Shown here piece by piece: positions 63,170-64,000 of a stretch of 64,000 nucleotides of DNA (the stretch's first letter is position 1; every line of letters starts with the position of its first letter). This stretch comes from a bacterium HR37 (GTDB lineage Bacteria; Desulfobacterota_D; UBA1144; Nemesobacterales; CSP1-2): NCBI GenBank assembly GCA_002898375.1, contig BEIN01000015.1, positions 4,414-68,413 on the forward strand, in the 5' to 3' direction. The position numbers and the translations under genes were made by a program. The notes beneath the pieces are model-generated. The model was not told where the DNA came from, did no database searches, and saw only the letters and a program-made list of their open reading frames with translations.

Positions 63170-63978
63170 GTCTTTTTCAATCCATGGTTTTGGGCTTCAT
63201 TCAGGGGGTTACGGAGTTTCTTCCCATAAGTAGTACAGCACACCTTGCACTTTTTCCTTGGTTTCTTTCCTGGAGTGACCCGGGGCTTGCTTTTAATGTT
63301 GCTCTTCATATGGGAACACTAGTTGCTGTTGTTTATTACTTCTGGAAGGATCTTTTTCTAATTGCCAAGGAGTTTGTAATTGGGGTATCTTTGGGTAGCT
63401 TCAAAGATTACTCAAACGGCAAACTGGGTTTTTTTATAATTATATCAACCATACCCGGAGCCCTGTTTGGTTTTTTCCTTGAGGAATACGCTGCGGGCAT
63501 ACTAAGACATCCTCTTGCAATAGCCTTATCTCTTTTCGTATTTGGGATAGTCCTATACATCTCAGACAGATTCTCCAGAAAGAGACGGAATATGCTGGAT
63601 ATGAATGTTTTTGATTGCCTGATTATAGGTTTGGCTCAGGCCTTTGCCGTTATTCCCGGTGTATCTCGCTCAGGTGTTACCATTGCCGGGGGTCTGGTGA
63701 GGAATTTAAAAAGAGATGAAGCTGCAAGGTTTTCTTTTTTGCTCGGAACACCTCTTATAGCTGGTGCTTTAGTGCTTGAATTAAGACATATAGACTACGC
63801 AACCATTTCTAGTTTGTCTTTTGTGTCAGGTATTCTTACCTCCTCTGTATTTGGTTTCCTAAGCATAAAGTACATGCTGAGATACGTTCAGACAAGAAGT
63901 TATACAGTCTTTGTTCTCTACAGAATTGTTCTTGCCTTGGTTATCCTAGGTGCTTGGCTTCATAAAAACGGAGTATGA
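63166..63978 (+). CDS. uppP: Undecaprenyl-diphosphate phosphatase (BacA)
   Basis: QGVTEFLPISSTAHL, PGVSRSGVTI, AARFSFLL. Confidence 0.96.
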   Translation: MSLFQSMVLGFIQGVTEFLPISSTAHLALFPWFLSWSDPGLAFNVALHMGTLVAVVYYFWKDLFLIAKEFVIGVSLGSFKDYSNGKLGFFIIISTIPGALFGFFLEEYAAGILRHPLAIALSLFVFGIVLYISDRFSRKRRNMLDMNVFDCLIIGLAQAFAVIPGVSRSGVTIAGGLVRNLKRDEAARFSFLLGTPLIAGALVLELRHIDYATISSLSFVSGILTSSVFGFLSIKYMLRYVQTRSYTVFVLYRIVLALVILGAWLHKNGV

Positions 63979-64000
63979 TCAGCTTCAAGCTATAAAGCTT

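Noticed and set aside
63975..64000. ATG overlapping the uppP stop as a next gene
   Set aside because: The frame stops after six codons; too little sequence at the window edge to call anything.

Overview
Gene-dense, roughly 40% GC (estimated by eye) bacterial chromosomal segment that is mostly housekeeping: ispDF, purB, gshA, a partial atp operon (b', b, delta, alpha, gamma, beta, epsilon), rplM-rpsI, mnmG, an rpoN-hpf-ptsN-hprK-rapZ-EIIA operon, leuCD, eno, a MacAB-TolC-type exporter, hemW, proA, a second sigma-70, recN, tilS, ihfA-pheT, uvrA and uppP. Gene order and Lys/Glu-rich proteins suggest a thermophilic Desulfobacterota-like organism, possibly Ca. Dadabacteria (inference only). I saw no tRNA, rRNA, CRISPR array, transposase or prophage. 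No single new system is proven. The best leads are: (i) a ~135-nt 5' leader with an SD/anti-SD/anti-anti-SD layout upstream of an exported DUF1326-like gene; (ii) a secreted protein made of two ungapped 87-aa four-cysteine repeats, inside a patch of small unassigned genes (46.3-49.7 kb); (iii) repeated -10 boxes 6-9 nt before start codons with no SD, suggesting leaderless mRNAs; (iv) unusual operon couplings (rplM-rpsI-ino1, Na+/H+ antiporter-atp, RDD-gshA); (v) a sigma-70 paralog with altered -10-reading residues; (vi) a seven-blade FG-GAP lipoprotein; (vii) two microproteins with their own promoters. All family calls come from motif recognition by eye, not database searches.
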